A program made the translations under genes and the position numbers. A stretch of DNA of 63,788 nt, counting the filler, from Lenisia limosa (lineage: Eukaryota; Protista; Breviatea), in assembly GCA_001655205.1 (NCBI GenBank). It is 16 parts of 16 records of this genome, joined end to end, with 100 filler letters (N's around TTAATTAATTAA, not from the genome) between each part and the next. Parts side by side here need not be neighbours in the genome. Positions count along the whole stretch, not along the records: positions 41,496 to 49,642 come from LPNZ01003336.1; positions 49,743 to 52,062 come from LPNZ01001025.1; positions 52,163 to 60,344 come from LPNZ01005664.1; 13 more parts are not named here. One strand, given 5' to 3'. Shown here one piece after another: positions 41,510-53,799 of the stretch. Under the pieces are notes generated by a model. The model was not told where the DNA came from. It did not search any database and saw only the letters and a list, made by a program, of their open reading frames with translations. Each line of letters begins with the position of its first letter. The stretch's first letter is position 1.

Positions 41510-43565
41510 TAAAGCCAAGGAATTCTGAAGATAAAGTGGGGTAAAGGTATGAAATGATGTCAGAAATCCACTAGCGATATGAGGAAACGAAATGGCTGGA
41601 GACATTCATAACCTTACCTTGCATTGTTTGTTCCAGTTCCATGGGGTCAAGCACTGGCATTTGCAAGGGTTCAAGCTTTGGAAGCTAAAGTGTCGTTAAT
41701 CAGTGATAAATTTGCCTACACCTCAGAACCGCCGATAGAATAAGTGATCATAGAATCAGAATATTTGGGACGTCTATTCCAACCTCCATTTGTGCAGTCA
41801 GTCCAGGGAAGGCGTCAGGAAGTTCAATGGGGTACTGTGAAATTGCCTCAATTGGCAGGCTTTGGTGGGGTATCGAACCTGGTGGAGGCGTTACCCTTGT
41901 GATAAGCATTGTGGTGATCACTCTTGAAATTGCGCAAATCTCACAATGGCTAGCCCAAAACGCCCTTCCACCTTGCACCGGCTCCACCCCCGGTTGCGGC
42001 AATTCCGGCGCCATAGTCGGCGCGGCAGAGGGCAATTCAATGGGAAACGGTCTGGATACTTCAACCCCATGCGCAAGCTCAGGGAAAGGAAGGTGTGGCA
42101 CCTCGAGACCCTCCAGAGACAGCGGCTCGTTTCCGGCCAAAAGGGCCTCGGCACTGCTGGCGTTGAAGAGGGGGGGAAGGTGCCGGATGTATGTTTTGTA
42201 CGTAGTGATCCCATCAACATCTTGGTGTGGCTCCCAGTCGATGATTGCCATTGTTGAGATGGTGCCAGGGCCGCGGACACTGTTGACGTTCGCCAACATA
42301 GGCTGCAATCGTGAGGCATAGTGCACGAGGGATTTAGTAATGAGAAAAGTGTTTTTGGATTAGCTCTGACATTTATAGACGTGCACATCTAAATGAGGAA
42401 GATCTGGTCAAGAGAGGTATCCGATCAAGGCTAACATTAACAAACATATAATATGAATATATTATTGTAACCTGTTAAGGCAGCGTCATGAGTCACCATG
42501 CACAACACACGACCAATATTTCAATACAATTCTCTCAATATAACTGTGGGTTCACCAAAACCTACTTGTATCACTGACGGTTTTTGGTTGTAGTTGTGCT
42601 GAGTTGGGACACTGTCATCACTCCTTTCAGAGATGACCCTCCGCAAGGACTCAGTATTGGCGACTTGCTCAAACCCAATGTCTATGTTCGAGTTTTCTAC
42701 AAAATTAAATGGGCAAGTAAGAACACTTTATTATATCACAATAGCTGTTAAGGATATCTAACATTCATGAATGCTAATCTCCCCCCCCCCCTCACTGATC
42801 CGTCCATCCAAACTGTCGACAGCAAATCCTGCTTGNNNNNNNNNNNNNNNNNNNNNNNNNNNNNNNNNNNNNNNNNNNNGCTTCTTCTTAAACCGAGCTC
42901 TTCGATTCTGGAAATATACTTTCACTATGTCGGTCAGATTCCTTTTAAAAAAAAAACAATTTACTTGAAAAAAAAAATTCATTGATTTCTTGAAGTAAAG
43001 TGAATATTTACCAGAAATTGGAAGAAAGGAACGCTCAAAATCAGAGCAACAGAACACCAAATCAAAGCGCCCTAACCTTGATTCGGCTTTAGGTTCGTGG
43101 CTGCTGCAATTCTCTCCAGGTCATTCTGCCGGAAACCGCGTTGTCTCTTCTCAAATTCTCGATTGAGAATGGCAATAGTGTCCGAGGTAAATGATGACTA
43201 CAAGGCAATCATAGGCAATCAGGACAAATCGCTGAAAATCGAGACACACAACAGATAAATCAACAAAACTGATAAATTAATGGTGAGAGAATAGAATCAT
43301 GCTATATGACTGCTAAGTAGCAAAAGAAAATAGGACGTAGATTTCGAAACCATATCTCATAAACACTGTTATTTGTAGATAAAACACTGTTAAGCGCTAC
43401 AAGCCCACACAGAAAGATACCAAAGCTTACTCGATCAACCCCTTGCTTCGTTACATAAGGTGTGTCCGAGAGTTCTGAGACTTCTGTATGTTCAATCTCT
43501 GGTTTTAGTGGTTCAACATGCTCTACAGGTAGAGGCTGAATAGTTGGCAAGGAAGGAAGCTCCAT
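41510..43565 (-). CDS. Homeobox transcription factor with an atypical homeodomain and Pro-rich C-terminus, 3'-truncated
   Basis: Spliced VDR|SSFTSDTIAILNREFEKRQRGFRQNDLERIAAATNLKPNQ|VKVYFQNRRARFKK (exons 43197-43077 and 42924-42880); downstream 192-aa Pro-rich frame 41748-42326. Confidence 0.85.
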
Positions 43566-43862
43566 TTGGACTTATTTCATTCTATTCTCTTCATTTAAGT
43601 CAACTATCGAGCAACTATCTGTTAAAACCAGGTTAAAACGATTCGTTTCTGGCACAAAAGAAAAAAAAAAGGGACAACAAGCTCTTCGGCTTTTCGGGTA
43701 GAGGGTGATAAATTCCGACTTATGTGTCTCCCTATTGTAATATCGTAATTTTTTTTTGATAGAAACATGACTCTAAGCCCTGCTTCTTCAGCCACTGCTC
43801 AATATTTTAAAATAAAATAAGTTTTAAATAATAAAATAAGGATTATCTTCTTGAAACGTTAA

Positions 43863-46800
43863 ATGGACATTGAAGCACAGATCCGACCTCTTCTTGAAGA
43901 GACAAATGGTTGGAAACCCCTTCTCCCTTCAGTATATGTTATATGTACAAATGCCAAGATAGAAGATGAAAAATCTCTGAGAAATATACCTTGAGTAATA
44001 GTTTTTGATTGTTTGTCAGTTCCCAATCAATATTCGTGAATTTCCTGATTGTCATATGAATTCATATTTCCTGTTCTTTGGTGATTCCACTTGGAATTTT
44101 TGAAAGTGACTCCCGCCGCCTTATTCTCAATAGATTACATTAGTACCTTGGAGAAGAGTCTGTACAATGAGAAGTCACAATGGATAGATGAGGCCCAGCA
44201 GATGATGTCTGTCATTTCTGACAACTTGCAACAAATGAGCTTCTTGCAGCTTGATTCAATGGACGCTAAGGTGAGACTTGGACTTGCAAGAACAGTAATG
44301 CTAGTTTTTGTTTTTATCGTTTAGGCATATGATATAGAATATGGAATTATTCTTAAACTTACACACTTCCAGAAACTCCAAAAAGTTGGCTTTCGCCTGT
44401 GGCACACTGCTCTCGACATCAGGAAATGGAAGCCTTCAGAAGAGCTGTTCAGCTGCAAAGGTGAGTATATGTGTATGTTGTGAGGTGGTATCTGGCCCAA
44501 GGTCAACAATATCACGCTTTGTGTAGTTCACAATTGGACTGTTGTAATTTTTGACAAATGTAGTACGACAATTGGCCTGCAACTTTGTGATGACTGCGCA
44601 TGTAACAATCCGACATGGTACGACTTGATTGTTGCTTTTGGTGTTTTTCATTTATTTTCAAAGACATAATTGATCAATCGCAGAAAAAGATCTTGCAGAT
44701 TACTTTGCCATTTTCAAGATGTTTGTCTCCACTGCTATTGCGTGGGAAGACTGCAGGAACTGGCAAATGGCTGAAAATGAATTCATTGCTGCTGAAAAAG
44801 TTGGCTACCTTGATATACAGATTTCTCATGGGCAATACTATTTCACCCTGGAGTGATATTTTTTGCTTCAAATTCTGAAATTAACGATTCAGTTTTGGGA
44901 CAGTACAATGTCAGAAAAATTAACTGAAACTAAAGATGAAGATGTCAATAAACAAGATTACCTCTCAAAACGGATGGAACTTGGGGCTTGCAGAGCTAGA
45001 GTGGTTTGTATGGGAAGGACCCATGAAATCTCAAACTCGTTAGTTTCATAAGACACTAATGTATTAGAATTGGGAGCTCAAGAACGAAGACATTTCATTC
45101 GAATCCGCTCAGGCTGCAAGAGCACTTCTCTCAAAAACTTCTTCTCAAGTGAGCCTTCAAAAAGTCTCCTGTTTTTTTCCAATGCTTCAAACACCACATT
45201 TGAAATGGACTTTCGACAACATGTTGTGAAGCCCTTTTTATTTGTTATTTCCTTTGCCCTCTCACCTTTATCCAGAACAACCTTCAAATATTAGTTCAAG
45301 TCGGTTGGCGATGGGCCCGACACCTCTACAGTGAAGACAAGCACGCCCATGTATGTATTGTATAACATCAGTTTTTGAGAATGAATGAAATAATCTAATA
45401 TGACAATTCAGGTTGCAAGATGGCTGGAAATCACAATTTCATCAAACGGTGCACTTCCTAACTACAACAAGGTTCGAGAACAGGATACTTATAAAATATA
45501 GAATATGGTTTGATATTAAGTAATCTATTTGTTGAAGATTAATCAATAGTTTTTGCATTTTCACGCAAGCAGGCAACTCAAGGTCGTTACTACAGCATGT
45601 TAGCAGACGTTCATCTCAGCAAACCATCACCAGACAAAGCTCTAAGATGCATCAAGGCTGCTGAAAATGTTTGCAAGCATTTAATTGAATAATACGTCAT
45701 CTCATTGTACCGTTTAATTGAGTTCAGGAACATTCGAGCGCACACACTGACTGTCTTCGCATTAAGTATCATCTCAAAGTATAGGATGATTCAAGTCTTT
45801 TGTTTTGAATTGTAAATGGAATAACATTAACATTAACCATTCAGGTTGAGGAGTATCCTGAGGCCAGCCAGAGTTTAAAGACACTACTCGGGCGAAGCAA
45901 CACCTCCATAAGCATTAAGTTAATCGCACTAAACTTGATTGCTGGAGCAAACGAACCAATTTGGTTGGTCGATGAGTCTTAATGGAATATTACTCAATTC
46001 CCCCTCTTGCTTTCTTCTTATATTACTAGTATGGAAGCAGCTATAAACGGTTACGGTTCCATTTTGAGAACAGTTAAGAATGAGGCCGAATCAGTTGCTG
46101 GTAATGCCCCTGTGAACTACCCTGAAGAGTACAACATGATCAGACTTGAATGGTGAGTTTCTGTTCTAAGGATTCTGTTATTATATTAATGCTAATAATA
46201 TTTCAGGCTAGAGTTTTTGATGTCTCCTTATGTAGCTGCGAACAACAAAAGCCTCTGTATCAAATTAACAACCGCCATTTGTAGAGGTACGCCATGTAAA
46301 ACAACACAAAAGAACAATTGGTACAATCTTTTTTCATGTTCTTCAGATCATGTGACACACAAGGTCGTGATGACACCGACAAATTTATCTTCTGTGTCGG
46401 TACTGCTCTGGAAGGCAGCTGAGGACAGCTTTCATGTAAGAATTGCATTTGATGGATTGCAAACTGACTGTCACCAGGGAGGTGAATACGCGCAGTCCAG
46501 GCAATGGTACCTTGAAATTCTCAAAATCACCCCAGTTGAGGATGTTTCCAATACCGCTAAAGCTTTAAGGTAGGATCACTGTTTCTGCACACTTACCGTA
46601 AGAATGGTGTCGTATTGCAGCTTACGCCTTGAGGATCATCAACAAGCTGAAGAAACTATTACAAAGGCAAAAGCTGCTGACGTAAGTAAAGCTTGGTAAA
46701 TTGTATTCTTGTATTCCCATCTCTGCACACTTTTTTTACACGCACAGCCTTCATCTTGTCAAACCTACTTTCTTTTGGCTCTCGCAAGCATCAAAGCAGG

Positions 46801-49102
46801 AAAAGAAGATCAGGCAAAAGAAGCCATATCAGTTTGTGGCAATTTTGGTTTCGAATTACACCGAAGCAAAAAATGGATATAATATGACACATTGTAACCG
46901 TTCAGAATCTCTGTGTTTCTCAGGACTTCAATCTTATGTACCTTGTTGCCATTGCCCGCGCTGCTCATCAGGTAAGGGCACTTGTGTTGGTTTTAAACTT
47001 TCCCTCTTTATTTGTGTGTTTAATCTTGATATTGGAGCAAAACTGACTTAATAGACTGGAATGGAAAACCTTGTAGTACCAACACTCGAAGCAATTATCG
47101 CCAACGCTGACACTTCAGTTGACCCCGGGGTTAAAGGTAGCTTTGCTCTGGATAATAGTTTTCAATACAATATTGTACCCATAGGATAATTATTAAGTAT
47201 TTTAGGTAGAGTACTGTTCACCTTAGTACAAATGGCAAGTGAGGAGCAGGATATCAAAAAGTGAGAAAGGGAATGCAATTTGATGCACTTTTTACTTTGG
47301 CTAAGACAATGACTGAGACTGAAACAAACATGCAACAGTACCCGACCATAACATTTAGTTCCAAGTTGTAGTTTCTTATATCACAGGAAAATAGAGATGA
47401 TTCGAGGATACTTCCAGTCATGCATCAACGTTCTTGCACTGACCTCAGTTGACATGGTGTTTGCTGACAATTATGACGATCTGGAGGCCATGGCTGAGGC
47501 GGCCTGGTTCCATGGGTATGACACTGACATTGAGTGCAAAATGAATATCATATGATATGATAGAACTAGCATGTGATGATTTGCATGACATAAACAGACA
47601 CCTTGCCATGAAGGAAGAAAACGACATTGAGTTGGGTGTTGACCTACTTAAATCTGCAGTGGAGGTTGGTTTGGTATTAATTTTTTGTATACACGGAGAT
47701 TTAACGTTCCTGGCATCTTCTCACTTTTAGCTCTTTTCCAAGCTTCCGGAACCCTCTGCCCGCTCCAAATCAGTGAAATCACTGTGCTCAATAACTGCAG
47801 CTTCGCACATTATTTCGATGGCACTGGACCTGCCAAAGGATGATGAGGTGTGATGATAAATTTTAAGCCCCTAACCAACTATTATCTACTTTATTTACCA
47901 CCCAGAACAAGACTGCCAAGCTAACTAAAGCCCTTGCGACTCTCAATGGTGTTGATGTCGACACTCAAGATGACGTTGAAGGCAACAAGGCAACTAGCCA
48001 GACCCCTGTTGTTGTGGCCACATTGAAGTTCCAAGTGGGTAGATTGAAATGGCCAGAACCCAATTTCTGTTCAACGCAAAAATGATGATTGTTTAGTGCT
48101 TCGTCAATTTGAACATGGGACCTGAAGCCACTACTATTCTCAAGGTTTGTATAGGATATCAAATACTAGCTATGGTTATGTCATTTTCATGCTGTGTTTG
48201 GACCGTACTGAAAACCAGGAGCTTAGTAATCTCCCTGGAACAACTCCTCAGACACTCCTTACATGTTCTCTCATGGCTTCAGCTGTCTCACCAAAAAGTG
48301 GGTGACTGATATGATACCAGGTTTATTCGGAATTTCGATAGCCCCCAGTTGACCGTTCCAGTGTGCATTGAAGCGCTTGAGTCTTGCGTGATGGTCACCC
48401 AGAAGGCTGGCGATGTGTCTTTACTTGGTGGGTGTTTGTTAACTGGTCAAATGGAGGTGTCCAACCTGTACCGATTACAACGGACACGATCTTCCCACCA
48501 TCTCTTGCCCCTACTGATGTCCACAGCGTCGGTCTGGCGGGAAATAGCCATGCGACAGAGGCAACTTGGAGGCGCAGTGGCCACTCGGGAGGTGTTCGCC
48601 GTGGTCGCACGAGAACTTGCCCAAGATGACATGGTTGGACCTCTGATTACTGAATCTGCTGACCAGTTTAGAAGGAACTATTCCCAAAGAGAGAACTGGA
48701 GTGGTTCATTTGCACATGTTGGAACAATGGCGTTCTCAGTTTCGGGTAAGGTTCTTTTGTTCAATTTCAGAACGTGGTTCAGTGACTAAAATTATAATCA
48801 TAATAAAAGATATGACAAAGGTCTGATTTTTTTCCACAGACGCGACCGGCTTGCAGAGGCAGAGCAGTGGCTGGGGTTAGCCGTGCGCCTGGCTAACCAC
48901 TCTTCCGACAAACACTACGAGGACAGGCTTCTGACCCAGTACACCGTGGGTCCTGCTTTCAGTGTGATCACATTGTCATATTGACAACAAATACCCACAT
49001 CTGAATATTCATCATGAAATTTGATGAATGCCCTTGTCTGTGACTCTTCAGAATCTTCTTGCCGAGGTGAAGGATAAAATGGAACTCTCAGCTACAGCTT
49101 AG
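43863..49102 (+). CDS. ZIP4: Meiotic ZMM protein ZIP4/SPO22/TEX11-like TPR protein, complete, more than 20 exons
   Basis: N-terminal KLQKVGFRLWHT..VRQLACNFV..MFVSTAIAWEDCRNWQMAENEFIAAEK (SPO22-like), TPR helices, C-terminal AEAEQWLGLAVRLANHSSDKHYEDRLLTQY resembling the TEX11 C-terminus (recalled similarity); ends ..ELSATA*. Confidence 0.8.
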
Positions 49103-49340
49103 AGATTCCCCCATTCCCTGTATATTTTCGAAATTATTAATGTTTGATGTATATTATTAACGATGACCAGTAGTGAACATTCCATCCCTCCTATTTATGT
49201 GAAACAGAAAAAATGTGTATTGTACAGTCATGGCGGTTATGACGGAGGTGCAACCGGTGACGTGAAGTAGTCCATGGCAGAAGGCTTGGCGCGTGCAACT
49301 AAGGCGTCAACGTACCGAATTGATGATCAAAAGCAAGTCA

Positions 49341-49642
49341 ACACTAATATAATGCTCCATAAAAACAAAGAGTGATATTAAAGCAGGGTGCCAATCCAGA
49401 TTGTCAAGAATATCCGAGGTGACGTCATCTTTTAACTACTTTTTACAAGAATTTAACGAAAATGTTGCTCAGCATGATAATCACAACATTTGCTCTCTTG
49501 GTTCCAAAACAACTGCTTTTATAACAATAATTTAAATCACGCAAGTTACGCTCGGTTTTGGCTCGGTTTATCAGAACCAGTTTCTGGATTGGCACCCTGC
49601 TTTAATATCACTCTTTGTTTTTATGGAGCATTATATTAGTGT
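49341..49642. repeat. Perfect 59-bp inverted repeat bounding ~185 bp
   Basis: 49341-49399 is the exact reverse complement of 49584-49642; the right arm abuts the scaffold end. Confidence 0.85.
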
Positions 49643-49742
49643 NNNNNNNNNNNNNNNNNNNNNNNNNNNNNNNNNNNNNNNNNNNNTTAATTAATTAANN
49701 NNNNNNNNNNNNNNNNNNNNNNNNNNNNNNNNNNNNNNNNNN

Positions 49743-49900
49743 CAGCACCGCATCCCATCACAATAAAATAGGGAATTGATGTAGCACAACAAAATCCAGT
49801 ATCAACTATGTTGGCTAAACAGCTGTGCTACACACGAGGGTTGAACAAACAAAACACAAAAGACCAGACCAGGCTATTCCACAGCCCATCACTCCGGGGA
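49743..49900 (-). repeat. Two tandem family B copies (second cut by gap), sense to the minus-strand host
   Basis: Reverse complement reads TTCAACCCTCGTGTGTAGC..AGCCAACATAGTTGAT.. then GATGGGATGCGGTGCTG. Confidence 0.75.
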
Positions 49901-49989
49901 GAGAAAAATACAATTTGACATTTGTTTTAACCATTAAAAATAGCAAACAATGAATCAATAAATCCTCGAAAACATAAAGATAATTCATC

Positions 49990-51400
49990 CTGGAAGCCTT
50001 ACCGTGATACTCTCCGACACGAGATCCTCTACTGCAACAAAGGTGGGCGCAAGGTTGAGCACGAGGGATTTGACGTGTGTGCAGGAAGATACGTGTCCTA
50101 GGTAGTTACAGGGGAAATGCTCTAGGGAAATGTGCTACATAGTTAGTCCTAAAAAGATCCTCTGAGAATAAAAACTTAAATAAAAATACATCTCGATATG
50201 TATTTCATTGGTTCTCAGTTTGTAGAGAGCCACCCCCCCCCCACCCTCAGTCAAAGTAAGGTCCTCAGGAGGTAGTCTAAGGGACAGCATCAGGGAGAGC
50301 CAAACATTGTCAGTCTCTCCAAGCCTAGTCGTTTCTTTGGAAAGATGAGGGACGGTGCATTCAGATCGGGACGGAATTCAATGACAACAATAAAGAGAGC
50401 TGTAAATTCGATTTCAAAAGCAGCTATTTTTACACCAATATTACTACAGTGTTTTCAAATACCAATTTTTTTTAATACCCCCACCATTAGGCATATTAGA
50501 GGACAAGATGACGGGGAAAGCTGCCCTCGGGTCAACGTGCCGAACTTCTAAGTAGCCCAAGTCAAGTTTTACCCCAACCTAGGGGGGGGGGATGAGGAAG
50601 AAAGTGTTTATAAACTGTTTTCCCTCTCGACAATCAACCGTGTTGTCGTGCTGTGGGAGCATGAGACACACGTTTGAAATAATGTGCAATAAAGCAAGAG
50701 GGTATCTGTCCACACAATCATGGTGAAATGATAGGGAGAAATATTGACACTGCCTTTAGTTGGTGAGAGATAATGACACTATTGTGTTGTTCCAAATGTT
50801 TTGCTGTTTGTTTTATCATAATGGACACATATCATATGATACGAATAAAAATCTGCCCCTGCCCCACGTTAACATCTGAGATGAGGTAGTCTGTTGAGGC
50901 TTTAACCGTTGTCTGTCCAAGTTGCAGGTAAAACAGCTGGGGGGGGGGGGGGNNNNNNNNNNNNNNNNNNNNNNNNNNNNNNNNNNNNNNNNNNNNNNNN
51001 NNNNNNNNNNNNNNNNNNNNNNNNNNNNNNNNNNNNNNNNNNNNNNNNNNNNNNNNNNNNNNNNNNATAGCAACAAAACAAACAAGGCCCAGGCCAGTCG
51101 TTGCAGGTAAAACAACTGATCCTTTTAGTTTTCTTTTCCCACTTGTAACTTATTTCCTTAATTCTCTTGCCCACTAACTTAACAGGGATTTGCCCGTACC
51201 TTCACGCTCACTACACAGGGTTTGACCTAGATATCTCCACTGACTCCCTCCAATCATGTAACACTATTCCTCACACACTAAACAGGGAATTTCGAGTACC
51301 TTCCCGCTCACTAGGCAAGGATTGGCTTGGACGTCGCCATACGCCGCAACCATTTCGAGTCTTTTGATGCAGATGAGAACCTCCAGGGGGGGCTGGCACC
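49990..51400 (-). CDS. Hypothetical protein, multi-exon, partial
   Basis: Exons ..YGDVQANPCLVSGK|LFYLQLGQTTVKASTDYLISDVNVGQGQIFI, VGVKLDLGYLEVRHVDPRAAFPVILSSNMPN, HVSSCTHVKSLVLNLAPTFVAVEDLVSESIT. Confidence 0.5.
50939..51100 (-). repeat. 5'-truncated family B copy flanked by a 19-bp near-perfect direct repeat, ending at an acceptor
   Basis: GTTGCAGGTAAAACA(G/A)CTG at 50921-50939 and 51100-51118. Confidence 0.8.
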
Positions 51401-51545
51401 GGCGGGACCCTGGGTATCGGGTAAATGGGGAAAAAAAAAAAGTGAAAAATATAATAAAATGAGGGGGATTTGGGATGAACAAGCAACCAAAAATCAACTC
51501 TGGTAGCCATTGCTTCTGCAGCACCACATCCCAACAGAATGCAAA
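51400..51545 (-). repeat. Family B repeat, internally deleted
   Basis: Reverse complement reads GGGATGTGGTGCTGCAGAAGCAATGGCTACCAGAGTTGATTTTTGG.. Confidence 0.7.
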
Positions 51546-51591
51546 TAACTGGTCAACTATCACACGGAACACCCTCCTCCTCTCTCCCAAT

Positions 51592-51688
51592 TAGGCTTCA
51601 CTTCGGTTCGAAAAAAGACTGAATTTGTCGATAAATCTTCAAAAACTATCGTTATTTTTCCGGGGTTTTTTAGAACCGAAATGAAGCC
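51592..51688. mobile_element. hAT-like MITE (family A)
   Basis: GGCTTCACTTCGGTTCGAAAAAAGAC..TTTTTTAGAACCGAAATGAAGCC. Confidence 0.75.
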
Positions 51689-53106
51689 ACCCACTAAACA
51701 CCCACCCCTCCCCCCACGCAGGTTCGGCAATAGGCCTCGTGAAGCCGTCCTTGGCAGGGCCTGGATGCTCATTGAGAGGGGTGTGTGTGGCGCTGACTGC
51801 GGGGGGTAAAATGGATATTATATCTCTCGGATTGGTGATAGCTTGAAAAGGGGGTTTGTGATCTGCAAAAGACAGTTGGTTTAGCGATTAGAGTTGTTGG
51901 TTTTGTTATAGTTGGGACTACTCCTAACAGTTGGGTTCCGGTTCCAACAGATTCAGAGAATTCTTCAAAAGACTATGCAACAAAGTCATGCCTATGCTCG
52001 CAGTGGATACGGGGGAACCAGTTACGCCCCCTCCCACCACGTTGTCCATGATGGTGATGACCNNNNNNNNNNNNNNNNNNNNNNNNNNNNNNNNNNNNNN
52101 NNNNNNTTAATTAATTAANNNNNNNNNNNNNNNNNNNNNNNNNNNNNNNNNNNNNNNNNNNNATATACAGTGCCCGACATAAACATTGGCAAAAAGATTT
52201 TTTTGATAACTTTTCGCAATTTCCACCGTGTTTAGTCAAAAAGTAACCATTTTGTAAAAAAAAGTGTTTATGATATTTTATACCTCACTTGGCTGAGAAA
52301 AGAGAGAGGTCCATTGTCGAGAGGAACACAGCAGAACTCCAGAGGTATGTCGGCTGTGTGCGAGATAAATTGGCAAGTCACAATCGAAATGAGCTCAAGG
52401 ATGAAATAGGAAAACTGTTATATATTTTCATAAAAATTGTTTTTCACATAATAAAACAAAGAAACGGGCGTTAAAGTTCATAAAACAGAAAAATTGTTTG
52501 CAAAGTTGTTTACCCTGAATCCTAGGAATGCTTACATGAAAGTGCCTTCAGAAGAATGGTCACAAATCGGCTTAGTTGCGACTTCTGAAAGTTGCATTGA
52601 GTCAGCCAATAACTACAAAGTCATTTTGCCATAGAGAGTACCAATGGATTCTATTAGAATTTCGAAAATGCTGTTATCACTCCAAATGTGGAGTTTTCTT
52701 TCACCCCTTCAATATCATGTACACAAAGTTATCACACAAATGATTGGGTGATTGTATTATACTATAATACTCCAATCTATTTAAGTGTGATTGTTTGGAT
52801 GGATTTGGTCAGATATACCCTTATTATATTTCCCTTCTCTACGAATGCATTATTATGTCCTTGATTCAGTATGCTATGTGTTCAAGAATTCCCAATATAT
52901 CCTATAAACAGGGCTTTCATCTCGCGAGCGGACTCATACTTTGTGGAATCCTATCGATCCGAAACTCTTTGACAACAGTAAAATAGCATTATTATGTCAC
53001 ACTCCAAGCTTACTGAATTAGCGGTAATTGCTTCAGCCACGACAGTTCTGTCAGCTGAAAGACTAAGACCATGGGTCCTATGCCGGTTAATTATGAAATA
53101 TGGAGG

Positions 53107-53201
53107 TTTAGCTTCACTCTGGTCCAGAAAAGACCAGTAAACTCGATATTTGTCGAGGATTTTTCGAGACATTCAGTTTTTTTTTTGGTCCAAGTGAAGC
53201 C
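53107..53201. mobile_element. hAT-like MITE (family A)
   Basis: GCTTCACTCTGGTCCAGAAAAGACC..TTTTTGGTCCAAGTGAAGCC. Confidence 0.7.
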
Positions 53202-53799
53202 ATATGTCTCATCACAAAATTTCTCGCTTGGTAAAGAGAGTGGGAGTCTTTTTTTTAAAAAAGCGATGCGGAGCGATGATGGGATAATAACTCCTGCTGG
53301 TGTACAAAAACTCATGCTTTGAAAAATGTATGCTATCACACAAGGCAAAATCCTGCTCGTAACGAAAACACCAGAAATTTACGGAGGAATCCACAGCATC
53401 ACGAGGAGTATATATATTGCATCTTATTTCCTCATCTATAAACCTTGGATCAACGTTGGAAGAGAAAAACTATGCAGAGCAGAATGACAAAAGAGGGAGA
53501 GGGGGGGAGGGTAAAAGAGCAAGATTCGCGTACAATTGAATGACAATCACTCCAAAAGCAATGAAAACGGCCTTAGCAAGGGCGAAGGTTGCCATCTTCA
53601 GTGAGAGAACCGGTTTTCCCGGGGCCTAAGCAAAATGGATTGTGCGCTGTTTTCCTGATAGAATTAGAAGTGATTCAATTTAGTTGTTTAGATTCTGAGA
53701 TTCTGCCAAAAAAGCAAAAAGCAAAAGATTCTAATTATGGTGATTGGTTTTGAGTGCTTTCTAACCTGAAATGAAGGGGGTAGTTTCTACTGACGCGGT

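Noticed and set aside
29716-49102. Functional clustering of IDH, CCT4, RCC1, homeobox and ZIP4
   Set aside because: These lie on three different scaffolds separated by linkers; only IDH-CCT4 and homeobox-ZIP4 are true neighbours, and no functional link is evident.
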